The notes under the pieces were generated by a model. That model was not told the origin of the DNA. It was given only the letters and a program-made list of their open reading frames with translations, and searched no databases. Made by a program: the position numbers and the translations under genes. A stretch of DNA of 64,000 nucleotides. Source: an uncultured Bacteroidota bacterium. Lineage in GTDB: Bacteria > Bacteroidota > Ignavibacteria > Ignavibacteriales > Ignavibacteriaceae. How positions within the stretch are numbered: the stretch's first letter is position 1; the number at the start of each line of letters is the position of its first letter. Where the stretch lies: assembly GCA_963843605.1 (NCBI GenBank), contig CAWJLA010000004.1:219282-283281 (forward strand), given 5' to 3'. Shown piece by piece: positions 62,487 through 64,000 of this stretch.

Positions 62487-63033
62487 TAATTACGATTCGT
62501 TCACTTACAATCTTGTTCAGCTTCTGGGCAGGTACGAAGACAATATAATCGTAAAAAGAAACGATAAGATTTCCGAGAAGGAAATATCCGGGATGAAACC
62601 GGACAGGATTCTGATTTCGCCGGGACCGGGGAGACCGGAAGATGCGAATGTGTCGGTAACAGCCATTGAAAAATTCGGAGATAAAATTCCTATACTCGGC
62701 GTCTGCCTCGGCCATCAGGTTATAGGAATGGTTTACGGCGCGGATGTTATTAAAGCCCCTGTCTTAATGCACGGAAAAACTTCGGTCATCTTTCACGACG
62801 GAAAAACCATTTATAAAGGTATTGAACAGGGATTCGATGCTACCAGATACCATTCGCTGATTGTCGACGGCAACACCGTCAACGGCGAACTTGAAATATC
62901 GGCCCGCACACAAGACGGACTGGTAATGGGAATAAGGCATAAAAAATATGATGTCGAGGGTATTCAGTTCCACCCTGAGTCTATTTTAACTAAAGAAGGA
63001 TTTAACATTATAAGGAATTGGTTAAAGAAATGA
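62467..63033 (+). CDS. trpG: Anthranilate synthase component II (glutamine amidotransferase)
   Basis: MKILVIDNYDSFTYNLVQ, ISPGPGRP, GVCLGHQ, IQFHPES triad context. Confidence 0.95.
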   Translation: MKILVIDNYDSFTYNLVQLLGRYEDNIIVKRNDKISEKEISGMKPDRILISPGPGRPEDANVSVTAIEKFGDKIPILGVCLGHQVIGMVYGADVIKAPVLMHGKTSVIFHDGKTIYKGIEQGFDATRYHSLIVDGNTVNGELEISARTQDGLVMGIRHKKYDVEGIQFHPESILTKEGFNIIRNWLKK

Positions 63034-64000
63034 TAAAAGAATATTTACAACAGGTTATAGATAAAGAGAATTTATCATTCACCGATGCATATAATGCAAT
63101 GGATGAAATTATGAACGGTGAGGTAAATAATTCTCATCTTGCGGGCTTTCTGGTTGCTCTGAAATCAAAAGGTGAAACTGCGGCCGAGGTTGCTGGCTTT
63201 GCGAAAGCGATGCAGGAAAAAAGTATTCCGGTTAACTGCGATGACGAAAACGTTATCGACGTATGCGGCACCGGAGGAGATAATTCAGGAAGTTTTAACA
63301 TATCCACAGCTACGGCATTTACAGCCGCAGGCGCAGGTGTTAAAGTAGCAAAACACGGCAACAGATCAATTTCGAGTAAAAGCGGCAGCGCCGATGTTCT
63401 GCAGGCGCTCGGAGTGAATATTAATCTTACCAGGCAACAGTCGGAAAAAGCTCTGAACAAAATCGGTATCACTTTTTTATTCGCGCCCCTTTATCATCCG
63501 GCTATGAAATACGCGGCTCCGGTAAGGAAAGAACTAGGTATGAAAACGGTTTTTAACATGCTGGGCCCGCTCACAAATCCGGCAAGAGTTAAGAAACAAA
63601 TTATCGGAACATTTAATTTAAAAGCCGCACGTATAATGGCGGAGGCCGCAAAGTATCTGAATCTGGAAAAGGTCTGCTTCGTCTGCGGAACGGATAAATA
63701 CGACGAAATATATTTAGGCGATCTTACGGAAGTTCACGAATACAACTACGGTGAAGAAATAAAAGTTTATACTCTATCCAATGAAAGTTTCGGCTATCCG
63801 CTTATAAATAACGAGGACATCAAAGGTGATTCTCCCGAAGTTAATGCTAAAATTATTCTGGATGTGTTTCAAAACTATAATAAAAACGGCGCGTTCCATA
63901 CAATAACGGCAAACACTGCTGTGGCGCTTTATTCGGCAGGATACTCGGATGATCTGCGCGTATGCCTAAAAGCCGCGGAAGATTCCATACTGAGCGGAGC
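63030..64000 (+). CDS. trpD: Anthranilate phosphoribosyltransferase (3' end beyond the window)
   Basis: Not in the track because there is no stop in the window. ATGA overlap with trpG. LAGFLVALKSKGET, DVCGTGGDNSGSFNISTA, KHGNRSISSKSGSADVL, FNMLGPLTNP. Confidence 0.93.
   Translation, partial: MIKEYLQQVIDKENLSFTDAYNAMDEIMNGEVNNSHLAGFLVALKSKGETAAEVAGFAKAMQEKSIPVNCDDENVIDVCGTGGDNSGSFNISTATAFTAAGAGVKVAKHGNRSISSKSGSADVLQALGVNINLTRQQSEKALNKIGITFLFAPLYHPAMKYAAPVRKELGMKTVFNMLGPLTNPARVKKQIIGTFNLKAARIMAEAAKYLNLEKVCFVCGTDKYDEIYLGDLTEVHEYNYGEEIKVYTLSNESFGYPLINNEDIKGDSPEVNAKIILDVFQNYNKNGAFHTITANTAVALYSAGYSDDLRVCLKAAEDSILSG

Noticed and set aside
63134-63472. 112-aa minus-strand ORF
   Set aside because: It is antisense to trpD, whose plus-strand translation shows all conserved anthranilate phosphoribosyltransferase motifs.

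Overview
AT-rich window from a bacterium of the FCB superphylum. Three proteins carry Bacteroidota-type T9SS C-terminal sorting domains, yet genes have strong GGAGG Shine-Dalgarno sites and TTGACA-N17-TATATT promoters. This suggests an Ignavibacteriota-like lineage rather than Bacteroidia, but that is inference only. Layout: (1) 1-24.6 kb, all minus strand, is one translation/transcription supercluster. It reads tRNA-Tyr, tRNA-Gly, a GIY-YIG ORF, tRNA-Thr, rpmG, tRNA-Trp, secE-nusG-rplKAJL-rpoBC, rpsLG-fusA-tuf, then the S10 operon and the start of the spc operon up to rplF. (2) 24.7-31.3 kb is a mannoside-type sugar module: GH130 phosphorylase, GPH symporter, a TolB-like secreted protein and a clan GH-A hydrolase. 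(3) 32-44 kb is an accessory region with T9SS cargo (a 286-aa protein, a 1241-aa double-propeller protein, an S8 protease) and a neutral-ceramidase/lipoprotein/metallophosphoesterase cluster. (4) 44-60.5 kb is housekeeping: lepA-lepB, ppx, GT9, dNK, folK, folB, pgeF, surE, phzF, a BatA-like membrane protein, comF, argS, rsfS, panD. (5) 60.8-64 kb is trpE-trpG-trpD, preceded by a promoter, a 32-codon leader ORF with four consecutive Trp codons, and an intrinsic terminator. Unusual items: degenerate tRNA-derived repeats and tRNA-like mini-structures around the tRNA/GIY-YIG cluster; a recurrent ATCCC(G)...(C)GGGAT hairpin; and two copies of a ~130-150 bp inverted-repeat element flanking the comF-panD block. 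I also reconstructed at least 20 single-nucleotide indels that break essential genes, 15 of them in the first 5.5 kb. These are most likely sequence errors, so genes are given as reconstructed loci rather than as the fragmentary ORFs of the track. No CRISPR array, transposase, integrase or recognisable defence system was seen.
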